From: an uncultured virus (IMG/VR IMGVR_UViG_3300036770_005354)
Lineage: Duplodnaviria > Heunggongvirae > Uroviricota > Caudoviricetes
Direction: 5' to 3' (one strand)
DNA length: 64,000 bases
Virus record (IMG/VR): IMGVR_UViG_3300036770_005354
Coordinates: 1-64,000 of that record
This document shows positions 19,316 through 27,575 of this stretch, in pieces. The notes beneath the pieces are model-generated. The model saw nothing but the letters and a program-made list of their open reading frames with translations. It was not told where the DNA came from and made no database searches. Position 1 is the stretch's first letter. Every line of letters starts with the position of its first letter. Made by a program: the position numbers and the translations under genes.

Positions 19316-19587
19316 AAAAAGACTGTATAGGTGATTTTGTTCAAGCATGGGGAGATTGGGATAATACTCGACCTCGTAGTCTCGCCCATAACTGGGACTC
19401 TAGATTTGCCGACGCAGGCTATTATCGTGTAAATGTATCTGTCGTCAATATAGAATATAATTGGCTTGACATAAACGAATGGTGTAAGGAACAATTCGGG
19501 AAAACACACTATTTTTGGTCAAGAATAGATACCGTTTGGTTTGAATCTGAAAAACACGCAACGTTGTTTATTTTGAGGTGGTTATGA
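19312..19587 (+). CDS. array ORF 2
   Basis: ends FESEKHATLFILRWL. Confidence 0.75.
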   Translation: MKKDCIGDFVQAWGDWDNTRPRSLAHNWDSRFADAGYYRVNVSVVNIEYNWLDINEWCKEQFGKTHYFWSRIDTVWFESEKHATLFILRWL

Positions 19588-19904
19588 ACCCGATTGATAA
19601 AATCACTATTGATGCTACAAATATAATTTGTGAAGAGATTGACAGAGCCGTAATATTTGACACAATAACAGAAGGCTGGCACAAAATGGAGATTACATTC
19701 GACAAAGATCGCTACCACGAACAGAAAGATATGGAAGAATGGTGCTATAACAACATAGGACCCGGTGGTTGGACTTACGGTACTCCTCTAACATGGAAAG
19801 GAATGGGTGACAATTTGTGGGTGGTGCATAACATATTTGGCAGTACTACTTTTGCCTTCAAGAACCCAAAGGATCTGACTTTGTTTATTTTGAGGTGGTC
19901 ATGA
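19584..19904 (+). CDS. array ORF 3
   Basis: ends FKNPKDLTLFILRWS. Confidence 0.75.
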   Translation: MNPIDKITIDATNIICEEIDRAVIFDTITEGWHKMEITFDKDRYHEQKDMEEWCYNNIGPGGWTYGTPLTWKGMGDNLWVVHNIFGSTTFAFKNPKDLTLFILRWS

Positions 19905-20065
19905 TGTTCAAAATCAATGTTGCGTATAGAGACATGTTCTGGGAATGGTGTCAGAATCAAAATATTGTTTGTGAATATATGGGAACTAATAGTTATAGTA
20001 AGTTTGATACCTGGTATATTGGCAATGAAAAAGATAAATTATTTGCCATATTGAGATGGACATGA
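19901..20065 (+). CDS. array ORF 4 (54 aa, absent from ORF track)
   Basis: MMFKINVAYRDMFWEWCQ...NEKDKLFAILRWT. Confidence 0.7.
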   Translation: MMFKINVAYRDMFWEWCQNQNIVCEYMGTNSYSKFDTWYIGNEKDKLFAILRWT

Positions 20066-20256
20066 GTTATACTTTTTGTTTTAGATATGATAAACATCCT
20101 TTCGTAGAAACACAAAAAATACTAGAATGGACAATAAAACATTGCTCAAGTTATATTACAAATGACGCATTTAAACACGAAAACGGTGAGTGGTACTATC
20201 GTTTTTATTTTTATGATAAAAAAGATTATATATTATTCATGTTAAAATGGGCATAA
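20062..20256 (+). CDS. array ORF 5
   Basis: ends FYDKKDYILFMLKWA. Confidence 0.75.
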   Translation: MSYTFCFRYDKHPFVETQKILEWTIKHCSSYITNDAFKHENGEWYYRFYFYDKKDYILFMLKWA

Positions 20257-20257
20257 A

Positions 20258-20629
20258 ATGAAAACTTCAATTTGGTATAATACTAAAGATAAACAACCTG
20301 ATACATCTGGATACTATCTCGGTTATAGAGGTTGGGGCGTTGGTGGAAAGGCTGACGGTGATCATGATTATAATTATTTTTATTATCATAAAAAAACTAA
20401 TGAGTGGTATACATACGAAAATCAAATTCGGGCCACGTTTCCCGATATCGCTATTGTTTATTACTGGACAGACGCAAACCCATATGCTTGGGTTAATAAT
20501 GATGTATTTAATAAGGCATTCAGACAAACTCATGAAACACAAAAAAATAATCCAGCATTAGAAATTGCTTGGAAAAGAGTAGAAGAAGCAATTCGTCAAT
20601 ATGAAATTATAAAAAGTATGGTGATATGA
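20258..20629 (+). CDS. hypothetical protein interrupting the array (non-member)
   Basis: lacks the LRW terminus; ends NPALEIAW...YEIIKSMVI. Confidence 0.7.
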   Translation: MKTSIWYNTKDKQPDTSGYYLGYRGWGVGGKADGDHDYNYFYYHKKTNEWYTYENQIRATFPDIAIVYYWTDANPYAWVNNDVFNKAFRQTHETQKNNPALEIAWKRVEEAIRQYEIIKSMVI

Positions 20630-20696
20630 GATCACTTAAAAAACAACTTTGGCCATATATGATTACTATATGTTATTTGTGCTGAGGTGGCCATGA
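20626..20696 (+). pseudogene. internally deleted array ORF relic
   Basis: MRSLKKQLWPY start joined out of frame to DYYMLFVLRWP* with an intact CTGAGGTGGCCATGA junction. Confidence 0.65.
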
Positions 20697-21013
20697 CTAT
20701 TACAGTACCAAAACTCAAAAAACATAAGCCTATCCTTGTGGCACCTTCTATCCGAATATATTATCCAAAACAATGGACTTGGCAGGATCATCTACAAGAG
20801 TTAGAACTACAATATAACAATTCGATTAGTACTTACAACACCCAAGAAATAACTATGAAGGACATGAAACATGTAAATGAAGTCATGCAGGCTCTGTATC
20901 CTGGACCATATCGTGTTGTAGAAAAGTATCTAACAGATAGAATGGTTTTTGGATTTAGTTTAGAATTTGACGATCCGCATGAAAAGATAATTTGGTTGTT
21001 GAAAAACTCATGA
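20693..21013 (+). CDS. array ORF 6
   Basis: ends FDDPHEKIIWLLKNS. Confidence 0.7.
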   Translation: MTITVPKLKKHKPILVAPSIRIYYPKQWTWQDHLQELELQYNNSISTYNTQEITMKDMKHVNEVMQALYPGPYRVVEKYLTDRMVFGFSLEFDDPHEKIIWLLKNS

Positions 21014-21189
21014 CTACAGTAACAATAAAATGTCCAATTACATGGTATGAACAATGCGATTGGATCTATGCTAATTGTAAAAATTGGGTAGATCGAACCT
21101 ACTGGGCAGATTGGCAGATTGGTCATGACGACATTTATTTTGAATTAGAAGATTGTGATGCTATAATGTTTTTGTTGAGGTGGTCATGA
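21010..21189 (+). CDS. array ORF 7
   Basis: ends DAIMFLLRWS. Confidence 0.75.
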   Translation: MTTVTIKCPITWYEQCDWIYANCKNWVDRTYWADWQIGHDDIYFELEDCDAIMFLLRWS

Positions 21190-21437
21190 CAGTAACTTAT
21201 AAACCAGTGCCTGGCTTTCCAGAAATCAAGACGCCGGTTCTTCATCTTGTAAAGTATACTGACGAATCAGAATTAACTGGTTTTTATCTGTATTCTCATA
21301 AGGATCTTTTAATAAGTGAATGGTTGAAGGAAAATTGTCAGGGCAATTACTATCATAGTCCAGATTATCTCCCTGAAAAGTTCATTCAATTTGAGGATGA
21401 TCATGATGCCTTATTGTTTGCGTTGAGGTGGTCATGA
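21186..21437 (+). CDS. array ORF 8
   Basis: ends FEDDHDALLFALRWS. Confidence 0.75.
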   Translation: MTVTYKPVPGFPEIKTPVLHLVKYTDESELTGFYLYSHKDLLISEWLKENCQGNYYHSPDYLPEKFIQFEDDHDALLFALRWS

Positions 21438-21706
21438 TCGTAAAAACAATAGAAGTGGAAAAAATTTACTCGTCCCTACACAAAAAAATTCTAAATTTTG
21501 GTGTAAATAATCTTCGTTATACTGGTGCTTTTGAAGCTACAGAGTATATTAAAAAGAATTTCCCAAGTGTTTCATATCCCGAATTGGGACCTGAAATGTT
21601 AGTATGGTGTGAAAAAAACTTTGGAAATGACTGGATTTGGAATTGGTCCACTATCTATTTCAAACATGAAAAAGATAAAATGTTATTTTTACTGAGATGG
21701 TCATGA
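21434..21706 (+). CDS. array ORF 9
   Basis: ends FKHEKDKMLFLLRWS. Confidence 0.75.
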   Translation: MIVKTIEVEKIYSSLHKKILNFGVNNLRYTGAFEATEYIKKNFPSVSYPELGPEMLVWCEKNFGNDWIWNWSTIYFKHEKDKMLFLLRWS

Positions 21707-21957
21707 TATTCCTAGATACCAATCCACTACATTACAATACTAGATTTTACTTCAAAGAAAATATCATGCCTAACTTACCAAACAATTTTGATGCGTGGTA
21801 CGAAGGTTATCGGTCATGGTTAGCCGAACAAGGTTGTGAAATCATTAAGCACGAACCTAAGTCACTAGGTGATGCATTAGGAGTTAGTACTGGTTATGAT
21901 TGGTTTGGATTTGTTAACGATCAAGATGCTACTTTGTTTTTGCTGAAGTGGTCATGA
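21703..21957 (+). CDS. array ORF 10
   Basis: ends FVNDQDATLFLLKWS. Confidence 0.75.
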   Translation: MIFLDTNPLHYNTRFYFKENIMPNLPNNFDAWYEGYRSWLAEQGCEIIKHEPKSLGDALGVSTGYDWFGFVNDQDATLFLLKWS

Positions 21958-22193
21958 AAACAGACAACGTAATTTCATTAAAAGGTGTTCAAATAAAGAA
22001 ATCACGATACTATCATGGTAGATATGAGTGTGGATTTTGGGGAAAGCATGGCAGAGAGATGAAACAATGGTTACGTGATACATTCGGCGAAAATGACGAT
22101 ATGATCTATGCCAGTAATGATGACCTAGAAAACAGTTATGATGCTATGATTAATAAAGAACAACTAACTATTCTATTATTGAAATGGTCATGA
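21954..22193 (+). CDS. array ORF 11
   Basis: ends EQLTILLLKWS. Confidence 0.75.
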   Translation: MKTDNVISLKGVQIKKSRYYHGRYECGFWGKHGREMKQWLRDTFGENDDMIYASNDDLENSYDAMINKEQLTILLLKWS

Positions 22194-22393
22194 AAAAATT
22201 ATTAATACAGTTCAACAAAACTACTTTTAACGAATTGATATCATGGTTTGAGTCTCTAGGACACCCTTGTTTAAGTATAGGTATAGTAGAGATCAGCGGC
22301 GCATATTGGAGAGTTAATATCATATATCAGCACTTTGAAGTTAAAATATCTGATGAAAAATTATATACGATGGTATGTTTGAGGTGGTCATGA
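22190..22393 (+). CDS. array ORF 12
   Basis: ends DEKLYTMVCLRWS. Confidence 0.75.
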   Translation: MKKLLIQFNKTTFNELISWFESLGHPCLSIGIVEISGAYWRVNIIYQHFEVKISDEKLYTMVCLRWS

Positions 22394-22587
22394 AAATTTA
22401 TCAACTTAGGGGTTATCCTAGAAATAATTATTTTGTTAAAGATTTTTCTGAGTTTTTAGAAATCATGAATTGGATGAAAGAAAATAAAGTAAAACACTTA
22501 CACGAATCTTCTAGCATTCATGGCTATGAATTTAGTGTAATACCATCTGGGCCTGGATATTCACTATTTGTCTTGAAGTGGTTATAA
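22390..22587 (+). CDS. array ORF 13
   Basis: ends YSLFVLKWL. Confidence 0.75.
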   Translation: MKIYQLRGYPRNNYFVKDFSEFLEIMNWMKENKVKHLHESSSIHGYEFSVIPSGPGYSLFVLKWL

Positions 22588-22985
22588 TGTTAAAACTAAT
22601 ACAAAAACGATATCTTGAATGGCGAGAACGTCGTTTTCTAGCAGCACATGGTTGCGAAACTAGAGAACAATACGATCACATGTACGATCTAGATATCAAT
22701 CGTCCTGCTAGTAGAGTAAAAGATTTTTATCGTGGGTATCCATATGTTTACTGTTTTGAAAATCGTGGCCACAATGTTTATTACTGGGATGTAGCAATAG
22801 ACGGAATATATGTGCTTAGTCAATGGTGTAAGGAAAACTGTACAGATAAATTTAGATTTGATTTCCATCGTGCATCAAGTACATCAAATGGATGGGAAAT
22901 AGATGAACTTGGTGGAGGAGATTATATTTTCTTCGCCTGTAAAAATCCAAAAGATTACACATTGTTTTTGTTGAGGTGGTCATGA
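22587..22985 (+). CDS. array ORF 14
   Basis: TAATG-coupled; ends KNPKDYTLFLLRWS. Confidence 0.75.
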   Translation: MLKLIQKRYLEWRERRFLAAHGCETREQYDHMYDLDINRPASRVKDFYRGYPYVYCFENRGHNVYYWDVAIDGIYVLSQWCKENCTDKFRFDFHRASSTSNGWEIDELGGGDYIFFACKNPKDYTLFLLRWS

Positions 22986-23188
22986 CAAATCTTATTGATG
23001 ATAATATGGTCTGGCGCGCTATCAATAAATGGGAAGAAAATGCTCCTATTAGTTTGTTACTTAATATTCATGCGCTTAAGGAACATATGGTTAAAGAATA
23101 CGGAATCCAATTGTCATCCGCTATTGGCGGGCGTATTGAAGTAGTTGATGAAAAAAAATATACAATGTTTATTTTGAGGTATTCATGA
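22982..23188 (+). CDS. array ORF 15
   Basis: ends VDEKKYTMFILRYS. Confidence 0.75.
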   Translation: MTNLIDDNMVWRAINKWEENAPISLLLNIHALKEHMVKEYGIQLSSAIGGRIEVVDEKKYTMFILRYS

Positions 23189-23598
23189 AACATATTGAAA
23201 AATCAAAATCAGTTAAATCATTTTTAAATCGTTATTACGGTTCCGTCAAATATGATAAGAGGATGTACGTGCATAACAATCCATCATTAGTTCCTAACAC
23301 CTACAATCCTTACGAAGATTATTTGTCTACCTACGCCATTACAAAGATTGACAGTGTTGAAGCAGTGGAGATTACCATGCCAATAGTGGAGTTTGAACAG
23401 TTGGCAGACGAACATGTTGATCTCGAAAATCTAAAGAATTTCACAGGACTAAACTCAGTTGAGATGATCATACATGACTATGGGCAATTAAGAGAACTAT
23501 ATTTTGTGAATTTAAACGAAAAACGTATTAGAGACAGTAACGAATCTGTACGAAAAGCATATGAACATTATAAAACATTGCTAAATTTAGCAAAATAA
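23185..23598 (+). CDS. hypothetical protein
   Basis: ends NESVRKAYEHYKTLLNL. Confidence 0.7.
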   Translation: MKHIEKSKSVKSFLNRYYGSVKYDKRMYVHNNPSLVPNTYNPYEDYLSTYAITKIDSVEAVEITMPIVEFEQLADEHVDLENLKNFTGLNSVEMIIHDYGQLRELYFVNLNEKRIRDSNESVRKAYEHYKTLLNLAK

Positions 23599-23605
23599 AA
23601 ATATC

Positions 23606-24184
23606 ATGTCAATAAATTTATTAACAATTCATTCGACCGATCGAGAATTAATAAGAAGTCTTAATTTAGAAAATTATAATGCAATTGTTGCAGGAGGAGC
23701 AGCATTAAGATGGTTTCAGGATTACGCAGTAGAAGAGCATGATATAGATATTTGGTTTCCAACTGTAGAATCCATGAATAAATTTAGAATGAATATTGGT
23801 TATCATCCAAAATTTGATACAGTATATGCATCTACCTACTTAATTTCAAATATAAAAGTTCAAATTATTAAAAAACCATATCGTACAAACATTGATGAAA
23901 GCGATGAAAAAAATGTGTTAAATTTATTAGATAATTTTGACATAACTGTTTGTCAAATTGCAACTGATGGTGACACATGGTATTATTCTGATAATTTCAT
24001 AAATGATTTAAAAAACAAATATTTAAGAATGACAAAAATCAATGAAAATAGTATTAAAAGATTATTTAAATACTGGTCATATGGATATCAACCAGACGAT
24101 GAACTAATAAAAAACATCATTGCTAATCCTAAAACAATATGGGATTATACTAAATTAACAGAAGAGGATTACGGTAATGCATGA
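23606..24184 (+). CDS. nucleotidyltransferase (polyA polymerase/CCA-head-like)
   Basis: VAGGA...HDIDIWF...QII...NFDITVCQIA. Confidence 0.7.
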   Translation: MSINLLTIHSTDRELIRSLNLENYNAIVAGGAALRWFQDYAVEEHDIDIWFPTVESMNKFRMNIGYHPKFDTVYASTYLISNIKVQIIKKPYRTNIDESDEKNVLNLLDNFDITVCQIATDGDTWYYSDNFINDLKNKYLRMTKINENSIKRLFKYWSYGYQPDDELIKNIIANPKTIWDYTKLTEEDYGNA

Positions 24185-24569
24185 TGCAGCGGCTTGGAGT
24201 TTTATTAGTCCTGTCCCATTTAATATGTATATAAAAAAACATGATGCTCATATAACATATTGGAATGGTGTTGCAATGACACAAACATGTGCTAGAATGA
24301 TAGTAGGCACATTATGGCTTAATATATATTATGCAGAAACTACTAAAATATCAGCATTTCGAGAATATAATAAAATTTATCGGGCAGGTGTTTTCAATAC
24401 AAGAGCATGGGATTATATTATAGATGAAAAATCATCAGATAATATGGTTAATATGTTTATTAAATTTATTAATAAAAAAGATGCAGATTTTTTTCTTAAA
24501 TTAATAGAAAAATATAGTCCACAAGAAACACTTGAATGGTTTTTACCTTCAAAAGAATATGTATGCTAG
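24177..24569 (+). CDS. hypothetical protein
   Basis: 130-aa ORF overlapping both neighbours. Confidence 0.65.
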   Translation: MHDAAAWSFISPVPFNMYIKKHDAHITYWNGVAMTQTCARMIVGTLWLNIYYAETTKISAFREYNKIYRAGVFNTRAWDYIIDEKSSDNMVNMFIKFINKKDADFFLKLIEKYSPQETLEWFLPSKEYVC

Positions 24570-24799
24570 ACAAATTTCCTCATAAATCAATTTTAAAAGC
24601 TATGTCTGCATCTAAAATGCTAGATATAGTTAATGAATTGAAACTTACAGGTTTAGTAGTTGACAAAGATTTCAGTTTCGCTTATACTCCATCTTCGTCT
24701 TATTATATGTATGGCCTCAAGAGTGGAACTGAATCACATGTAACTTTTTCTTTTAGTGAAGGAAAAAAACTTACTTGGTTTATTCTAAAGTATTCATAA
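24563..24799 (+). CDS. small protein, dispersed F-x-L-K-Y-S family member
   Basis: FSFSEGKKLTWFILKYS. Confidence 0.7.
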   Translation: MLDKFPHKSILKAMSASKMLDIVNELKLTGLVVDKDFSFAYTPSSSYYMYGLKSGTESHVTFSFSEGKKLTWFILKYS

Positions 24800-24815
24800 A
24801 CCCTAAGGATTTTAA

Positions 24816-25841
24816 ATGATCAAACGTATTGGATTTGCTTGCAAATGGATTGATAACCCCAATCAAACTGATGGAATTAAATCATCAGATGATTGTAAAA
24901 AATACAATACTGGTACTACTACAGTAGCATGGCTTAATAGACAATCTAAGTCTAAGGCAGAAGAAAAATTATGGGATTTGATGAAAGGTAACATCGAATC
25001 TGTTAAAAAACTTGTAACCCGTGTTGGAAATTTAAATCAACACCTTAGAATGGTCCGCCTCTCAAGTGATATTTTACCTGTATACACTGAATCTAATTGG
25101 CGGTATTTTTGGAAGCTCCCTGACGTACAACAATATGCGGAAAGACATTTTGCTGAAGTCGGGCGCATTGCCCGTGATCGTAATGTTAGACTGTCTTTCC
25201 ATCCAGGTCAGTTTACTGTTCTTGCTAGTGATAATCCTGATATTGTAAATAAGAGTATAGAGGAGTTTGAGTATCATGCAGATATGGCCCGGTGGATGGG
25301 GTTTGGTAAACAATTTCAAGACATCAAGATCAACGTGCACATCTCGGGTAAAGAAGGTCCAGAAGGTATCAGGAGAGCCTATAAAAGACTCTCACCAGAA
25401 GCCCGTAATTCAATCACCATTGAAAATGAAGAAAACTCATGGGGATTAGATGAATGCCTAACACTAGGCGATCTACTGCCCATTGTTTTAGATATACATC
25501 ATAATTATTGTCGTGAAGGAGAATATATTTCATCAAATGATCCGCGTATCAAAATGATTATTAATAGTTGGCGTGGTTTACGGCCTGTTATGCATTATAG
25601 CCAATCCAGAGAAGAATTTCTTTCTGATCATCCAACCGACATACTTCCCTCCCGTGATGTGCTAATTGATAGAGGCATCAATAAACAAAAATTAAGAGCC
25701 CATAGTGATTACATGCATAATCTTGCTATGAACTTATGGGCCAAAACACATTGGGAATGGGCAGACGTAATGGTAGAGGCAAAGGCTAAAAATCTAGCAA
25801 GTTTCAAATTGTTTGAGTATTGGGAAAGCCTCAAAATGTAA
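24816..25841 (+). CDS. uvsE: UV-damage endonuclease (UvsE/UvdE)
   Basis: RIGFACK, RLSFHPGQF, INVH, IENEE, LDIHH, RAHSD, MVEAKAK. Confidence 0.9.
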   Translation: MIKRIGFACKWIDNPNQTDGIKSSDDCKKYNTGTTTVAWLNRQSKSKAEEKLWDLMKGNIESVKKLVTRVGNLNQHLRMVRLSSDILPVYTESNWRYFWKLPDVQQYAERHFAEVGRIARDRNVRLSFHPGQFTVLASDNPDIVNKSIEEFEYHADMARWMGFGKQFQDIKINVHISGKEGPEGIRRAYKRLSPEARNSITIENEENSWGLDECLTLGDLLPIVLDIHHNYCREGEYISSNDPRIKMIINSWRGLRPVMHYSQSREEFLSDHPTDILPSRDVLIDRGINKQKLRAHSDYMHNLAMNLWAKTHWEWADVMVEAKAKNLASFKLFEYWESLKM

Positions 25842-26459
25842 TTTAGGATTTTTCTTTATAGAACAAACCGTTGATGTAGAGAATTCTGTAGATTTAGAGA
25901 TATTGCGAATAGATTCACCTGCATTCAATAGTTTAAAAAGTAAAATTAAGTTATCTATTTTGTTTTTATTCTTTGTTTGGATAATTAATATTTTTCTTGA
26001 ATCGAGACATGGTATTTTTTTCCCATACATCCCATTTTTTGGGCCTTGCTTTGCCAAAGAAAGATTATTACACCATTCTTCTGTTCTAGGTATTCCTTTA
26101 AGACTGTTGCTACGTTTAGATAAAGTTTCTTTTGTAGGTTTCCAGCCTATTTTAGAAGGGGGTTTAAATCCTCCTTTTGCAGCATTCCATGCTATATTTT
26201 TATTTGGACGAAATTCTTCTTCTAGTAGATAACAAGACTCTTCAGTACCTTGATATAATAAAGTTTGAACAAGAATATTAGAATATTTTTGTAAAATTCG
26301 GGTGAAAAATGGATTTTTCTCGTTCATGAATTTTGTAACATTGAGATGTTCTCTAAATCTACGTTTTGGGTTGTTAGAAACACCTATATACCCCTGAGAA
26401 TAATGGTCGTTATGTTCTGGTAAATGTATCCAATAAACGTAATGTGTATAAATAGTCAT
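25794..26459 (-). CDS. free-standing GIY-YIG homing endonuclease with NUMOD3-like and HTH segments
   Basis: YVYWI...GYIGVS...RRFREH; KQGPKNGMYGKK; SIRNISK...STSTV. Confidence 0.85.
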   Translation of the reverse strand: MTIYTHYVYWIHLPEHNDHYSQGYIGVSNNPKRRFREHLNVTKFMNEKNPFFTRILQKYSNILVQTLLYQGTEESCYLLEEEFRPNKNIAWNAAKGGFKPPSKIGWKPTKETLSKRSNSLKGIPRTEEWCNNLSLAKQGPKNGMYGKKIPCLDSRKILIIQTKNKNKIDNLILLFKLLNAGESIRNISKSTEFSTSTVCSIKKNPKLHFEAFPILKQFETC

Positions 26460-26533
26460 GCTGATGCCCCTTTATTTAAATCTAGCATTAGAGTGGGTAG
26501 AGATGGCAGTCTCGTGACCCACACTTATTTATC
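26457..26533 (-). ncRNA. structured 5' leader of the GIY-YIG gene
   Basis: minus strand: GATAAATA box, stem GTGGGT/ACCCAC with inner GAGA/TCTC, then an ATGCT/AGCAT stem enclosing the AAGGGG RBS and covering part of the ATG. Confidence 0.55.
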
Positions 26534-26591
26534 AAAAACTTAGCAAGCTTTAAACTGTTTGAAACATATCTATCCAAAAAGGAAAAATTAT

Positions 26592-26804
26592 ATGACTAAT
26601 AAAATTTTATTAAACGAATTAAAAAATAATATTAAATCATGCGAACATATAATTGATGATCTAAAAACTTTCAGTAGAGTTTTTGATACTGATTACGATG
26701 AAGATCAAATTTTAAATATTCTAATTGGGTTAGAAACATTATATACGCATAAATTCAATGAACTCAACCAAGCTTTTGAAAAATTAAATTCAAGACTTCT
26801 TTGA
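26592..26804 (+). CDS. hypothetical protein
   Basis: AAGGA RBS; NILIGLETLY..KF. Confidence 0.65.
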   Translation: MTNKILLNELKNNIKSCEHIIDDLKTFSRVFDTDYDEDQILNILIGLETLYTHKFNELNQAFEKLNSRLL

Positions 26805-27194
26805 CCTAGATTTTTTTGCAACCTTAGGGGTAGATTTTTCTACCCCTTTTTCTTTTTCAGCAACCGTTTTTTCAACCACTTCTTTTTTTACTTTTTTAGT
26901 TTTTGGTTTAGCTTTTACTTCTTCTTTTAAGGTGGGAACTTCTACCTCTTTAGGTAATTCAACGATTACGGGTTCTTCTTTTTTTACTGGCTCAACAAAT
27001 TTAACTACAACTTCTTCAGTTACTAATGGCTGAACAATAACTTTTGGAACATCTACAGTGTCTCCCGATTTGTTATTAATTACAGGAGTAACAGGTGCTT
27101 CTACTTTATAAGGAACAGCCGATTTTGCTTCTTCAGCAAGTCTTTTTTCTTCTTCAGTTGGTAACCCCAACAGTTTTTTTATAAATGAAAACAT
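26790..27194 (-). CDS. K/E/V/P-rich low-complexity protein
   Basis: MFSFIKKLLG N-terminus, PYKVEAP, basic tail; AAGGA RBS. Confidence 0.75.
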   Translation of the reverse strand: MFSFIKKLLGLPTEEEKRLAEEAKSAVPYKVEAPVTPVINNKSGDTVDVPKVIVQPLVTEEVVVKFVEPVKKEEPVIVELPKEVEVPTLKEEVKAKPKTKKVKKEVVEKTVAEKEKGVEKSTPKVAKKSRSKKS

Positions 27195-27313
27195 ATTATA
27201 AATCCTTTATATAAGTTATATAAAAATATTTATCACTAAATAAACATATAGAAATTATTTTTAAAAGGAGGTGATTCGTTAATCTATTTCTAAATACTTT
27301 ATGGAGTACAAAA

Positions 27314-27535
27314 ATGTCAAATAACATGCCAAATGTAGACGAAACTACATACGATGAAAACGAAGAAACATACGATCCAAATGATTATGGATTTATAATA
27401 GGCCCAGATGGTGAATTAAAAAGTATAATGTATCCACCCGACTTAATGGAGGACCCACCTGAAGAAATAAAAATGATATTGGAAATATTCGGAATAGATA
27501 ATTTTGAGACGCTAGATCACAGAGTACTTCATTAA
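27314..27535 (+). CDS. acidic hypothetical protein
   Basis: GGAG RBS; DYGFIIGPDGELKS. Confidence 0.7.
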   Translation: MSNNMPNVDETTYDENEETYDPNDYGFIIGPDGELKSIMYPPDLMEDPPEEIKMILEIFGIDNFETLDHRVLH

Positions 27536-27575
27536 TTTTAAAAATATGGTAAATAATTAAAAATACTTATTTATC

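Larger units (their letters stand above)
19097..23188 (+). repeat. array of short ORFs joined by a conserved TTGAGGTGGTCATGA-type junction
   Basis: GAGGTGGTCATGA exact at six junctions (ending 19315, 19904, 21189, 21437, 22393, 22985) with near variants at most others. Confidence 0.9.

Noticed and set aside
19306..22985. ORF-track starts giving many proteins an 'MVM' N-terminus
   Set aside because: These arise from GTG/ATG inside the junction motif; the SD position supports the ATG that overlaps the upstream stop.
19097..23188. CRISPR array or classical integron interpretation of the recurring junction
   Set aside because: Spacing is 70-400 nt and irregular, the intervening DNA is coding, the repeats are degenerate and non-palindromic, and no attC-like stems, cas gene or integrase are visible.
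26460..26533. tRNA or a named ribozyme in the GC-rich intergenic stretch
   Set aside because: No cloverleaf, T-loop or ribozyme core that I could verify by eye; kept only as an unnamed structured leader pending a covariance search.
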